A DNA stretch of 59,324 bases, the filler included. It is 5 parts of 5 records of this genome, joined end to end, with 100 filler letters (N's around TTAATTAATTAA, not from the genome) between each part and the next. Parts side by side here need not be neighbours in the genome. Positions count along the whole stretch, not along the records: positions 1 to 16,802 come from DRR723986_1871; 4 more parts are not named here. One strand, written 5' to 3'. The notes below the pieces were generated by a model. The model was not told where the DNA came from. It did no database searches and saw only the letters and a program-made list of their open reading frames with translations. A program made the translations under genes and the position numbers. Shown here piece by piece: positions 1 to 8,946 of this stretch (the stretch's first letter is position 1; the number at the start of each line of letters is the position of its first letter).

Positions 1-30
1 TCGGAGGTTCGAATCCTCTCACTCCGACCA
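1..30 (+). tRNA. 3' end of tRNA-Pro (truncated by window start); attL of the element
   Basis: TCGGAGG-TTCGAAT-CCTCT-CACTCCG-A-CCA gives a T-arm, acceptor strand and CCA typical of alphaproteobacterial tRNA-Pro; anticodon not visible. Confidence 0.85.
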
Positions 31-44
31 AATTTCACCACTGC

Positions 45-57
45 AATCAACCACTTA
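45..57 (+). promoter_or_regulatory. IHF-type binding site in attL
   Basis: AATCAACCACTTA fits WATCAANNNNTTR. Confidence 0.6.
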
Positions 58-81
58 CACCCCTCCCCTTGGCACTGAGAG

Positions 82-120
82 TTGTGCAAACTTGTGCATT
101 GTTGCACGAGAGATGCACAA
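82..120. repeat. left arm-type site array (GTGCA, GTGCA, TGCAC, TGCAC)
   Basis: Motifs at 84, 94, 103, 114; the same 0/10/19/30 offsets recur at 16397-16431. Confidence 0.7.
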
Positions 121-136
121 CGGCTAGCCTTGCCGA

Positions 137-1531
137 ATGGAAACAGCAGAAAAACGCCTCCGCACTCGAACAGATGGTATCTGGGAAATCGTTTGGAACG
201 ATCCCAAGTCGGGAAAAGTTCGCAGAAAATCGACGGGCAACCGTGATCGCTATGCCGCTCTACAAGCCTTGGAAACATTTGCTCCTGAAAAGGTGGACGA
301 AAAATCAAAATTTGACGTTGCGTACCGCCTTCGACGCCGCTCAGATGGCATTTTTGAAACAGCGTGGAGCGACCCAACGACGAAGAAGGTCAGACGGAAA
401 ACTACTGGCACCAAAGACGAAACTGACGCCCAGATCAAACACGCTGCCAATATTGTCGCCATTCAAGCAGGGGATGCACCGGATTCGGCTACTGTCGGAT
501 GGGCTTTGGACGAGCATCTGGCCTATGTTACCGAGCATAAGTCTCCGAAAACTGCTGCGACCTTGCCTCCAAAAATCCGAGCACTGAAAGCACGGCTCGG
601 GGCACTGGATTGTGATCAGGTAAATCAAAACCACGCAGACGGCTACGTAGCTTGGCGGACACGTCAAAAACGTTGGGAAGGGGATAAACGCTTCAATGGT
701 GGAATCGGCAATGTATCTCAAAGCACTGCCGCCAGCGAACTCCGAATGTTGCGAGCAGCAATAAATCGGGCATACAAAAATGGTTTCGTTGAGCAGCCGT
801 CAAAATTTTCCATAGAAAAGGGAGAAACCCACCCGCTACACGGAAATTGGCTGGAAGACCACGAGTTGGCCCAAATACTGGAGGCGTGCGAACCGCGCAA
901 CTATGTTGTGAACGGAAAAACATTGGAGCGGAAAACCGACCGTGAACATATTGAAGCATTTATTATGATCGCTGTAGCCACCGGCGCTCGGAAAGAAGCG
1001 GTTTTGTCTTTGACGTGGGATCAAGTGCATATCCCCAAACTCCCGGGCGATTACCTCGAAATCGAACCAAAACGTCGGATTTTTGTGGCTGATGATAATC
1101 GAAAGGTTCTCGACTACCACACGCTCGAGAATATAGAGGGCGCATTCATAGACTTTGGCCCCGGCAGTGGCAACAAACTCCGCCCTCGCATTCCTATCGG
1201 TCAAAATTTTGAGCTGATGAATTACCTGTGTTTTGGTGGGGATCGTTCGCAGCCATACGTCATTTCGCGAAATGGTGAGCCAGTGGAAAGCGTTAAGAAA
1301 GGTCTATCCACCGTTGCCTCAGAAGCGGGTATCAAAAAGAAAGTCACTCACCACACCTTCAAGCGGACGGCGATAACCCGGTTTGTCCGCGCCGGAATTC
1401 CTCTTCGTGAGGTTGCGAAGATGGTCCAAACCACAGAGGACATACTAGAAAAGCACTACAATCATTTTCGCCCTGATTTGGAAAGGATGGTAGGCGCATC
1501 GGGTGCAATAAAACGCCGACGTCCAACGTAA
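137..1531 (+). CDS. tyrosine recombinase/integrase with duplicated N-terminal arm-binding-like domain
   Basis: TGARKEA (catalytic R), HTFKR (HxxR) and KHY (Tyr); adjacent to tRNA 3' end; two N-terminal repeats RLRxRxDGIxExxWxDPxxxKVRRKxTGxxD. Confidence 0.92.
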   Translation: METAEKRLRTRTDGIWEIVWNDPKSGKVRRKSTGNRDRYAALQALETFAPEKVDEKSKFDVAYRLRRRSDGIFETAWSDPTTKKVRRKTTGTKDETDAQIKHAANIVAIQAGDAPDSATVGWALDEHLAYVTEHKSPKTAATLPPKIRALKARLGALDCDQVNQNHADGYVAWRTRQKRWEGDKRFNGGIGNVSQSTAASELRMLRAAINRAYKNGFVEQPSKFSIEKGETHPLHGNWLEDHELAQILEACEPRNYVVNGKTLERKTDREHIEAFIMIAVATGARKEAVLSLTWDQVHIPKLPGDYLEIEPKRRIFVADDNRKVLDYHTLENIEGAFIDFGPGSGNKLRPRIPIGQNFELMNYLCFGGDRSQPYVISRNGEPVESVKKGLSTVASEAGIKKKVTHHTFKRTAITRFVRAGIPLREVAKMVQTTEDILEKHYNHFRPDLERMVGASGAIKRRRPT

Positions 1532-1726
1532 CTGGACAACAATCTTCTGCACTCTCCTCAGTCAAAATTTCTTTGAAAACGGCGACAAAATTACCTGACC
1601 CGTTTCTGCGGTTGCTTTGACTTTTTTCCCGTTTTGTGTTAAATTTCTAGACGTGGGAAAGGCACCGGGGGTGTTGCCCACCGCGCCGGGGGCGTGTTCC
1701 AAAATCCAAAAAATGAAAGAACTCTT

Positions 1727-1960
1727 ATGATAACCGCATCTCAAATTGCGGCTTCTTTGGAGGTTTCGCTAGGGCGAGTATATCGCTCTCTTTCGAGACC
1801 GTTCCCGTTGCCGTTTACGCTTGCGCCAGCCCTCAAAAAGGGAGGGGCGTGCGAACGCCTTTATACCATCGGTGTCGTCCTACCTCGTGTCAAACAAGCA
1901 TTTTCTCCAACGCCTGCGCAAATTAGGAAACTCTTTGAACATGGAGGCTACAATGTCTGA
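1727..1960 (+). CDS. small HTH-like protein, possible excisionase/regulator
   Basis: 77 aa; N-terminal TASQIAASLEVSLGRVYR resembles an HTH; follows int; its stop overlaps the next start. Confidence 0.5.
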   Translation: MITASQIAASLEVSLGRVYRSLSRPFPLPFTLAPALKKGGACERLYTIGVVLPRVKQAFSPTPAQIRKLFEHGGYNV

Positions 1961-2387
1961 CCTTACAGCCATTCAGAACATCATTGCAGGCCTGACATCG
2001 ACACAAAGAACGCGACTGGATGCAATCCAGACTCAAGTAAGGGTCGAACTGGCCCGGAATTTTGGTGACCGTCTGGCTCCGATCATGACGGATGTGCTTG
2101 TTCAGGAAAGCATCACCCATCCTGACGTTCTCGCGGCGCTGGAGGGCATACAGGAAAGCCTACCCCAAACGCCCTCTGATTGGCGCGCGTTTGTGCAGAA
2201 CCTCATACGGAACAACGATCTGGCTCAGCGCAACATCGCTTTCTCCGATGCGGCTAGACAAGCTGAAATCCACGCCGACGAGTTGGAAAAACTGCGTCCG
2301 GATCATCGTTTGACACTTAGCCGGTTCGGAAAGCTTGATGCCCACCTTGAGAAACAGGTCACGGCAAGGTTGGAGGCGAGTGAATGA
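1953..2387 (+). CDS. hypothetical helical protein
   Basis: GGAGG RBS before ATG 1953; overlaps both neighbouring ORFs. Confidence 0.65.
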   Translation: MSDLTAIQNIIAGLTSTQRTRLDAIQTQVRVELARNFGDRLAPIMTDVLVQESITHPDVLAALEGIQESLPQTPSDWRAFVQNLIRNNDLAQRNIAFSDAARQAEIHADELEKLRPDHRLTLSRFGKLDAHLEKQVTARLEASE

Positions 2388-2800
2388 AGCAGTTCACAGA
2401 GATCGAACAGTCTCGTGTGCATCTGGCTGTGTGCAGTGCGCTGGGCGTGGCGGACGAACCGCAAAGCAGGGAGGAGCGCATACGGTATAGTTACGCATAC
2501 TGGGCCGCTCGTGATGTCACCACGTTCCGGGAAGCTGGATTGCTGGCGGCAGCTCTAACTGAGCATGCCCAGCGCACTGATTTCTGTTTTCGGATGTCAG
2601 AATTGTCAGTCGCTGCTGATCACCTTGAAATGGCTCAGTGCGCGGGAGAATTGATGGGAGCCGTCAACATTGGTCGGGGCGTGTGGAGTACAGCACCTAA
2701 GGAAAACGCACCGCGTGTCTCGGTGCCGCCCACGCTCTTCCGTGACTATCTGGAAGAGTGGGCTTGTCATCTCCCATTCGATGAGGTCGCGCCGTCCTGA
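2384..2800 (+). CDS. hypothetical protein
   Basis: GGAGG upstream, ATGA overlap with previous gene, followed by a hairpin. Confidence 0.65.
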   Translation: MKQFTEIEQSRVHLAVCSALGVADEPQSREERIRYSYAYWAARDVTTFREAGLLAAALTEHAQRTDFCFRMSELSVAADHLEMAQCAGELMGAVNIGRGVWSTAPKENAPRVSVPPTLFRDYLEEWACHLPFDEVAPS

Positions 2801-2814
2801 AGTAGGTCAAAGCC

Positions 2815-2839
2815 GATGCCCCAATGCGCATGGGGCATC
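2815..2839. terminator. hairpin closing the small-gene operon
   Basis: GATGCCCCA-N7-TGGGGCATC perfect inverted repeat; no clear U-tract. Confidence 0.45.
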
Positions 2840-2977
2840 AATTCTCGTGTCACTTTGCTTTCTTACTAGACTTGGCCTGCGTAATGGCAGGGCAGTAAAT
2901 GAGGCTTGAATATTGTTTGTCAGAGCCAGCGAAGAAACTCGTCTTAAAGACGAAAAGTGTGATTTTTCAATATCTTA

Positions 2978-3006
2978 TTGACATTTCCCGGATCGTAATT
3001 TAGTGT
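2978..3006 (+). promoter_or_regulatory. sigma70-type promoter for the primase-helicase gene
   Basis: TTGACA-17 bp-TAGTGT. Confidence 0.55.
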
Positions 3007-3177
3007 ATGGCGCACGATCTTTGGATGAGTCTGCCTGACTTCTTCAAGCGGGCTGCATGTTCTGGGTCCGGGGTCTAGGCTAAGTCGCATTGCGGCCATG
3101 TCGCAAAACACACCTAAGCCATTGGCTAAAAATTGTAATCGATGGGGTTCTCCCATCGCTCCAAAAAGGATGAAGAT

Positions 3178-6100
3178 ATGAATGTTTCTGAGACACAAGA
3201 CGCATTGGAAACGGCGTTCCTAGCTGCCGGGCTTCCGGAAGGCAGTTACGAAATAGACGGGGATAACGTTGTCCCGCTGTTCCCAGATGATCCGGACGTG
3301 ATTGTTAAGACGTGCCCGACGCGTGGTGACATCGAAATCTTGGTTGATGATCGAGGCGAGCAGGAAATTGAGTCTGATGGTGCTGAACTGGAGGGACCTG
3401 CGTCAGCAGGTGAATCAACACCTGAATCAGAATACAGTGAGACAGCAGATTCCGGACCAGTTGAAGGCGATTTTTACGGTGAACTAAACAACGCCGCGAT
3501 ATACGGACCAGAGCCGGACAGCTTCGTTGATTTCCTGAACCAGCCTGCCACGTTCCTAACTGGTGAGATGTGGGGTGCTAAAGACCGCCGAAACACTCAG
3601 GATGGTGACTGGAAGGCCGTGACGTTGCCATGGGGCGCATGGATCAATGGTGGTGAAGGGGACAAGAACCGCGCCGCTTGGGGTCTCTCCCGGCACCCGG
3701 TCGGCAAAAACAAAGAAGGCCCATCCATCGTTCTGGGATCGTCCATCGAAGGCGCACGCAAAGCGAACGCAATGGATGAAATGTACGCGCTCGGTCTCGA
3801 CATCGACTCCGGTGCTGCGTTGAACGACGTGGTTGACACCATTCGCGAGAAGAGCCTTCTGGCACTGATCTATACGTCACACTCCCACGGGAAATCCGGC
3901 TTGGAAATCAAGCGGGATGAAGTGATGCGCAAGCTCGGCATCGGTGAAGACCCAAACCTTCCGCAAGTGCAGGAATATCTGCGCATGTACTCCAAGAGCC
4001 GTTATGAAGAATCCTTCATCAATCAGGTGCGTATCGAGGATGGTAAGCGTCAGACCAAAGAAGGTGTGAAGATCATCCTGTCCACGCCGCCGTTGGACAA
4101 ATTCCGGATCATTTTCCCTCTGTCCGCCCCGGTCAAGCTGATCGATCTCGCTCCTACACAGGCTGCGGCCCTAGAAGTGTGGGAAGACAAGATCACAGGC
4201 ATGGCGTGGGAGGCTCTGGGCGTCCATTTCGATACGTCGTGTACTGACCCGAGTCGTTTGTTCTACACCGCCCGTCACGCCAAAGAGGCGGAGTGGGACT
4301 GTATGATCCTACGCGGTGATCCACTGAAATTCGACGACGTGCCTGTGTACAAAAAGCACCAGTACACAAAGCAGCGCGCCAAACTGAACCCGTTCGAGAT
4401 GGTTGGCGCTGATCTGGACGACAACAAAATCCCGACTGCTGAAACCCCGTCTGGCAAGAACCTGAACGACTGGCACCGCCACGCCAAGGACCGGTTCCAG
4501 ATGGCTTCCCTGTTGGAAGATATGGTTCCAGACAAAATCCGCCATGCGGGCGGCGAGACGCAGGGCCATGTCCATACCGAATGCCCGTTCGAGCACGAAC
4601 ACTCGAAAGAGGGCGGCACCGCCACCATGGCAATCGATGCCCTAGACTCTCAGAGCGAATACTGGACGTGGTTTTGCCACCACGATTCCTGTCAGGGACG
4701 TCATAAGCTGGAATTTCTTGAGGAAGCTCTACAGCAGGGCTGGTTCGAAGAAGAAGTGCTGTTCGACGAGGACGGCATGTACATCCTTGATCCGGGCGAA
4801 GAAGAAAAGAAGGTGCAGCCCTATCTGGATAGGGCGGCAGAACTGCCCCGAAACCCATCTGCCAAGGTCGTGGTTCGGCTGATTGCAGAAGCGTTGATGG
4901 ACAGGATAACCGTGCCGGAGGTTGAGGAACTGAAGGCTTCGGTGATGGCATCCACAGGCCTCAAAGCTAGGCCTCTGGACAAGCTGTGGAAACAAGCGGA
5001 GGAGCAGTGCCTCAGGGTGGCAGACAAACAGCGTGAAATAGAAAAGGCAAACATGGAGATGCCGGAGCTTTTGCCGCTGGACGCGGCGACACCCGAGACC
5101 ATCAACGCAGCCGCAGCAAATGTCAAATGGTCGGGAAAAGTCGTTTACAGGGATGGCTGGTTTGGCAAAGTTGAAGGCTTTGGCGCTGATGAAAAGTTCT
5201 ACAAAACCTGCCGTGCTTTTGAGCCAATCCATTGTGCGGATGGTGCATTCGGCAAGTCACGCCGTGGTAATGAAATTAAAATTCGCTACCGGCACCGAAC
5301 GACCCGCATGGGGATCGTGGAATCCACATATTCTGTAGGTGCGACCTATAAGGACTCGGGAACAATATTGGGACGGCTGGCTGAGGAGGGTTTGGACTTC
5401 CACCCTCAAGCCGATTCCGGTGATGTACTAACCTTGTTGCGTTCTGTGCGTGGACGTGACGCCGTGCTGATTGAAAAACCCGGCTGGACCGATGACAAAT
5501 CCGCATGGGTGTCGCCGACCGGTGAAGTGGCTACAGAAGGTGACACCACATACATTCTTGTGGAACGTATGCGCGTCAGCGCTGTGAAGGCCGGTACTCT
5601 GGACCTCTGGACAGAAAACGCCGCCGTTGCTCTGCGAGGAAGGAACCGGAAGCACTTCTTGCCGGGGTTTCTGTCGGGTGGTGTCGGCATTCTTGCGGAT
5701 TATCTGGACACGCAGATGTCGCCCATCGTGGCAAATGAGGGAGATGGAAACCGGGGTAAAACCTCATCACTTCTGGCTGGTGTATCTTGGATCGCTATCA
5801 CGTCCGTGGAAGGCCTGACAGCCTCTTTGAACGCCACAGAGACTGCAATTGAAGGGCTGGCTGTACGAGCCACAGGTGCTGTTCTCGCGTTGGACGAAGA
5901 AGGCGTTATCAACCGTGCTGCTGAGGACATGCAATCTCTTTATTTGATGATGGCGGGTGGCGTAGGTCGCGCACGGGGAAATACAGATGCCAGTGTCCGC
6001 GAATTAAACTCATGGCGGACATGCTTTACCATATCCACTGAGGCAGGATTTGTGTCCCGGATGGAACGAGCACAAGCAGAAAGGCCAGATGTTCAGGTAA

Positions 6101-6939
6101 AAACCGGGGCTGTGTCGCGGATACTCAGTGTGAATTACAATGACTCTGTAGTGTTGGACAAAAGTGATCCCGACGATGCACGAGAACTGGCGGCGTATTC
6201 CGTGCTGGCAGGTGTGAAAGGTAAAGACACGTCTGTGCGGGCTTACGGGTGGGCAGGGGTTGTGTTTGCCGACGCACTAATGGCTTTCGGTGTAGTGGCC
6301 ACCAATGACATGGTGAATGCATATGTTGAGAAGTGGGGCAAGAACCGCCTTGGCGCACAAGACCGTGTTGTCCACACCGTCGCGCTTTTTGCCACAACCG
6401 CCGAAATTGCCAAAGAAGCTGGGTTGATCCCGAAGGATGTGGACACCGACGCGTTGCTGGAAGAACTGCTTGACGAAACGCTGCGCCAGCGAGTGATGCA
6501 TCTGGACACCGACATGCAGTCGATGGAAAAACTCAAGCGTGCCGTTGTGAATGCCGTAAATGCAGGCCAGATCATTCCCACCGGAGGCGAAAAACTCCAC
6601 GGGCGAACAACTTTGGGCTACTACAAGGTCGAGAGTCGTAGGGGTGGCGAGTACGGGATAACCCCTGACACAGACGACGAACTCGCACGGCGTACGTACA
6701 TCTTGCCGGAGGACCGCTTGGGGCAACTCGGCGTCATAGTGGACCCGAAGGTGATGGCGGAACGTATAAATGCGGACGGCGGTCTGGTTGAGCCTGTGGC
6801 GTCGGGACGGTTTGCGGATCGTCTGATGCACGAAACCACCCCTTCCGAGGGGCGTATGGCCAACATACGCATCACTGGTCAGTGGGTGCATGGATTGGAA
6901 GACGGGCCTGCCAGTGAGACGGACGCGCCAAACGGGTGA
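3178..6939 (+). CDS. multidomain replication protein: AEP-like primase + Zn finger + DUF927-like (Cch-type) helicase
   Basis: LDIDSG (DxD), IYTSHSH, KFRIIFPLS and DTSCTDPSRLFY primase-like motifs; CPFEHEH...FCHHDSC Zn finger; Walker A-like GDGNRGKTS and Walker B LALDEEG; GVGRARG...SWRTCFTISTE typical of DUF927 proteins; alternative start 3142. Confidence 0.75.
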   Translation: MNVSETQDALETAFLAAGLPEGSYEIDGDNVVPLFPDDPDVIVKTCPTRGDIEILVDDRGEQEIESDGAELEGPASAGESTPESEYSETADSGPVEGDFYGELNNAAIYGPEPDSFVDFLNQPATFLTGEMWGAKDRRNTQDGDWKAVTLPWGAWINGGEGDKNRAAWGLSRHPVGKNKEGPSIVLGSSIEGARKANAMDEMYALGLDIDSGAALNDVVDTIREKSLLALIYTSHSHGKSGLEIKRDEVMRKLGIGEDPNLPQVQEYLRMYSKSRYEESFINQVRIEDGKRQTKEGVKIILSTPPLDKFRIIFPLSAPVKLIDLAPTQAAALEVWEDKITGMAWEALGVHFDTSCTDPSRLFYTARHAKEAEWDCMILRGDPLKFDDVPVYKKHQYTKQRAKLNPFEMVGADLDDNKIPTAETPSGKNLNDWHRHAKDRFQMASLLEDMVPDKIRHAGGETQGHVHTECPFEHEHSKEGGTATMAIDALDSQSEYWTWFCHHDSCQGRHKLEFLEEALQQGWFEEEVLFDEDGMYILDPGEEEKKVQPYLDRAAELPRNPSAKVVVRLIAEALMDRITVPEVEELKASVMASTGLKARPLDKLWKQAEEQCLRVADKQREIEKANMEMPELLPLDAATPETINAAAANVKWSGKVVYRDGWFGKVEGFGADEKFYKTCRAFEPIHCADGAFGKSRRGNEIKIRYRHRTTRMGIVESTYSVGATYKDSGTILGRLAEEGLDFHPQADSGDVLTLLRSVRGRDAVLIEKPGWTDDKSAWVSPTGEVATEGDTTYILVERMRVSAVKAGTLDLWTENAAVALRGRNRKHFLPGFLSGGVGILADYLDTQMSPIVANEGDGNRGKTSSLLAGVSWIAITSVEGLTASLNATETAIEGLAVRATGAVLALDEEGVINRAAEDMQSLYLMMAGGVGRARGNTDASVRELNSWRTCFTISTEAGFVSRMERAQAERPDVQVKTGAVSRILSVNYNDSVVLDKSDPDDARELAAYSVLAGVKGKDTSVRAYGWAGVVFADALMAFGVVATNDMVNAYVEKWGKNRLGAQDRVVHTVALFATTAEIAKEAGLIPKDVDTDALLEELLDETLRQRVMHLDTDMQSMEKLKRAVVNAVNAGQIIPTGGEKLHGRTTLGYYKVESRRGGEYGITPDTDDELARRTYILPEDRLGQLGVIVDPKVMAERINADGGLVEPVASGRFADRLMHETTPSEGRMANIRITGQWVHGLEDGPASETDAPNG

Positions 6940-6964
6940 TTTCCGGATGTAACGAGAGAGCGAG

Positions 6965-6987
6965 GGCCGCCGTTTAGGCGGCCTTTT
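6965..6987 (+). terminator. Rho-independent terminator
   Basis: GGCCGCC-gttta-GGCGGCC-TTTT. Confidence 0.75.
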
Positions 6988-7016
6988 GCTGTGCAGGCGG
7001 GTCTTCCCCCAAGTGA

Positions 7017-7332
7017 CTCCCAAGCTTGGGAGCGGGATGGGAGCCATTCTGGGAGCCGAATGTCGGGAGAAAGTGACTTTTTTGTAAGGGGTTATCTGAG
7101 CCGTGTCCATGACTCCCATGAGTCCCATAAAAGACAGAGAGACCTCCTGAAAGGTTATCAATTGATGGTCCCCGTGCGGGCCTTCAACAGACGCGCGACA
7201 TATTAGTCCCTTGGCTGCGCGTCCATTTTCCCGGTGGGAGTCTGGGAGCCACAAGGAACAAAGTGATAAGTGCTGGGATTTCAGGGTGTTGATGGAACAT
7301 TTCGCTCCCAAAGCCATTCCCAACCTTGGGAG
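7017..7332. repeat. iteron-like TGGGAG/CTCCCA block, putative replication origin
   Basis: Perfect palindrome CTCCCAAGCTTGGGAG at 7017, near-copy at 7317; TGGGAG at 7038, 7050, 7235, 7243; CTCCCA at 7113, 7305. Confidence 0.6.
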
Positions 7333-7774
7333 TAGACCAAGCCTCTGGGCAGTTCAGCGGACTTGTACACTTCACTTCACATCGCCCCAGCAAAACTTGT
7401 ACAGCCCGCTCCTGCCATGCACAAAGTCAGCCCTGAAATCCCGATTAATTGATTGAAATAGTCAGATATGTCCCTTGCACTAGCCGCGAGGCAATGAGAA
7501 CGCAAGTTCACTTCAAGACTTGCATTACTAATTACATCACCGTTCGCACTCCCTGCTACGCGGGGATGCACCACACCGGAAACACCCATCCCATCACCAT
7601 GGAAACTATCCAACACCGGGTCGGTCGCCGTTTAGAAACTCGTCCACTGCTCGACGCAGTAAACCGGTTGTTTTTAGCAACACTCACTTTTTCTTGTTAC
7701 GAGATTAGGTACGATAGAATTTCGTTCATGGCGGCGAAATACGGAATGTAAATTTATTGTTCTGGACCCGAAAC

Positions 7775-8635
7775 CTAATCGGATTCAGGTGAACGCAGCG
7801 CACTAAGTGTGTGACGCACAGCCCTACTCAAAATCTCATCAACCGAAAAAACCGTGTCCATACCATTGTCGAGGCCTAACCTTCGTATGCCAATGTGAAA
7901 GATTGCTCGGTCGTCGTTGTCTCCAAATAATTCATGGGTCTCCGAAATCTCCGATGCATCGGAAATGGTCACGCGGAAGTCACTATCTTTCACGTCTTCT
8001 AAAAACTTAGACATGAATTCACATGCGTATTCGAGATGGCTCCCAGCTTGAAGGTGCTCTTGGAAAAGCTTCTCCGCTTTGGGATTGTCCAAAATCAGGC
8101 GACAGCGAGTCACCACGCAATACGGAACCTTTTCGCCATGATCCACAAACAGCCATTCTACGATTGAGCTTCTTTGAATTGTGCCCCAATCGACAGACCA
8201 GTCGGTGTGGAAGTCCAACCTGTCGATACGTGACTGCTGGGGATTAGATATCCGCTGCAATGACCTGTCGAGAAGCTCAAAAGCTTGATCTTTGTCCTTT
8301 CTGAAATCGACGTAGAGTTTGTCCCGAAGGAACAATGGTATGTTGCAGTCTCCCACGATGCACGGAATGAGTATTGCTCGTCGTTCGTCTAACTCACGCA
8401 TCAGACCGGCGTTCAGTTCCCGCTTGCACCATGAAGAATTTATCGAGTGCTCTGACAGAACAACAAGGATCGCGTCAGACTCACCAATTGCTTCTTGAAT
8501 CTTGTCCAGCAACGAGTCCCCCGCGTTGAGTTCCCACTGGTCGATCCATACGTTGTGCCGGGCGTAGACCAAATTTCGGGCGAGTGTCGTTACAAAGCCC
8601 TTGTCGTTATGATTATAGCTAATGAAAATAGGCAC
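7775..8635 (-). CDS. TIR-domain protein with uncharacterised C-terminal domain
   Basis: IFISYNHND, VWIDQWELNAGDSL, AIGESDAILVVLS and WCKRE (catalytic Glu) are canonical bacterial TIR motifs. Confidence 0.88.
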   Translation of the reverse strand: MPIFISYNHNDKGFVTTLARNLVYARHNVWIDQWELNAGDSLLDKIQEAIGESDAILVVLSEHSINSSWCKRELNAGLMRELDERRAILIPCIVGDCNIPLFLRDKLYVDFRKDKDQAFELLDRSLQRISNPQQSRIDRLDFHTDWSVDWGTIQRSSIVEWLFVDHGEKVPYCVVTRCRLILDNPKAEKLFQEHLQAGSHLEYACEFMSKFLEDVKDSDFRVTISDASEISETHELFGDNDDRAIFHIGIRRLGLDNGMDTVFSVDEILSRAVRHTLSALRSPESD

Positions 8636-8817
8636 CGTGGGTGATCCTTCCTCAAGTTGTATGGCCGACAGTCAATGCACGATCAATTGCACAACTCTGA
8701 GTTGGTCGAAATGCCTTTCCAAAAAATTCGGTCATAAACCTCGCACATCCTTGTCTTGAAACGTCGCGGACATAGTCAATGCGGTTTTGGAGAGGTTTAA
8801 CCGATTTGAGTTTTGAC

Positions 8818-8933
8818 GTGTCCAAACTGAGTATACTCTGACAGGACGCCTGAAGTTTACCCCATAGTGTCCGATTAGACTTGCCGAATCACTTATCGGA
8901 CAGGTAGTATTAATGAGACAGTCAAATCGGACA
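8818..8933. promoter_or_regulatory. putative res site of the serine resolvase
   Basis: Palindrome GAGTATACTC (8829-8838); inverted pair TGTCCGAT (8868)/ATCGGACA (8895); third ATCGGACA (8926), directly upstream of the resolvase. Confidence 0.65.
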
Positions 8934-8946
8934 GAAGGGACAAATC

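Noticed and set aside
7017-7332. CRISPR array or coding region (ORFs 6277-7323 minus, 6991-7206, 7211-7456)
   Set aside because: Repeats are 6-16 bp in mixed orientation without regular spacers and there are no cas genes; the ORFs are antisense to the helicase or lack recognisable motifs
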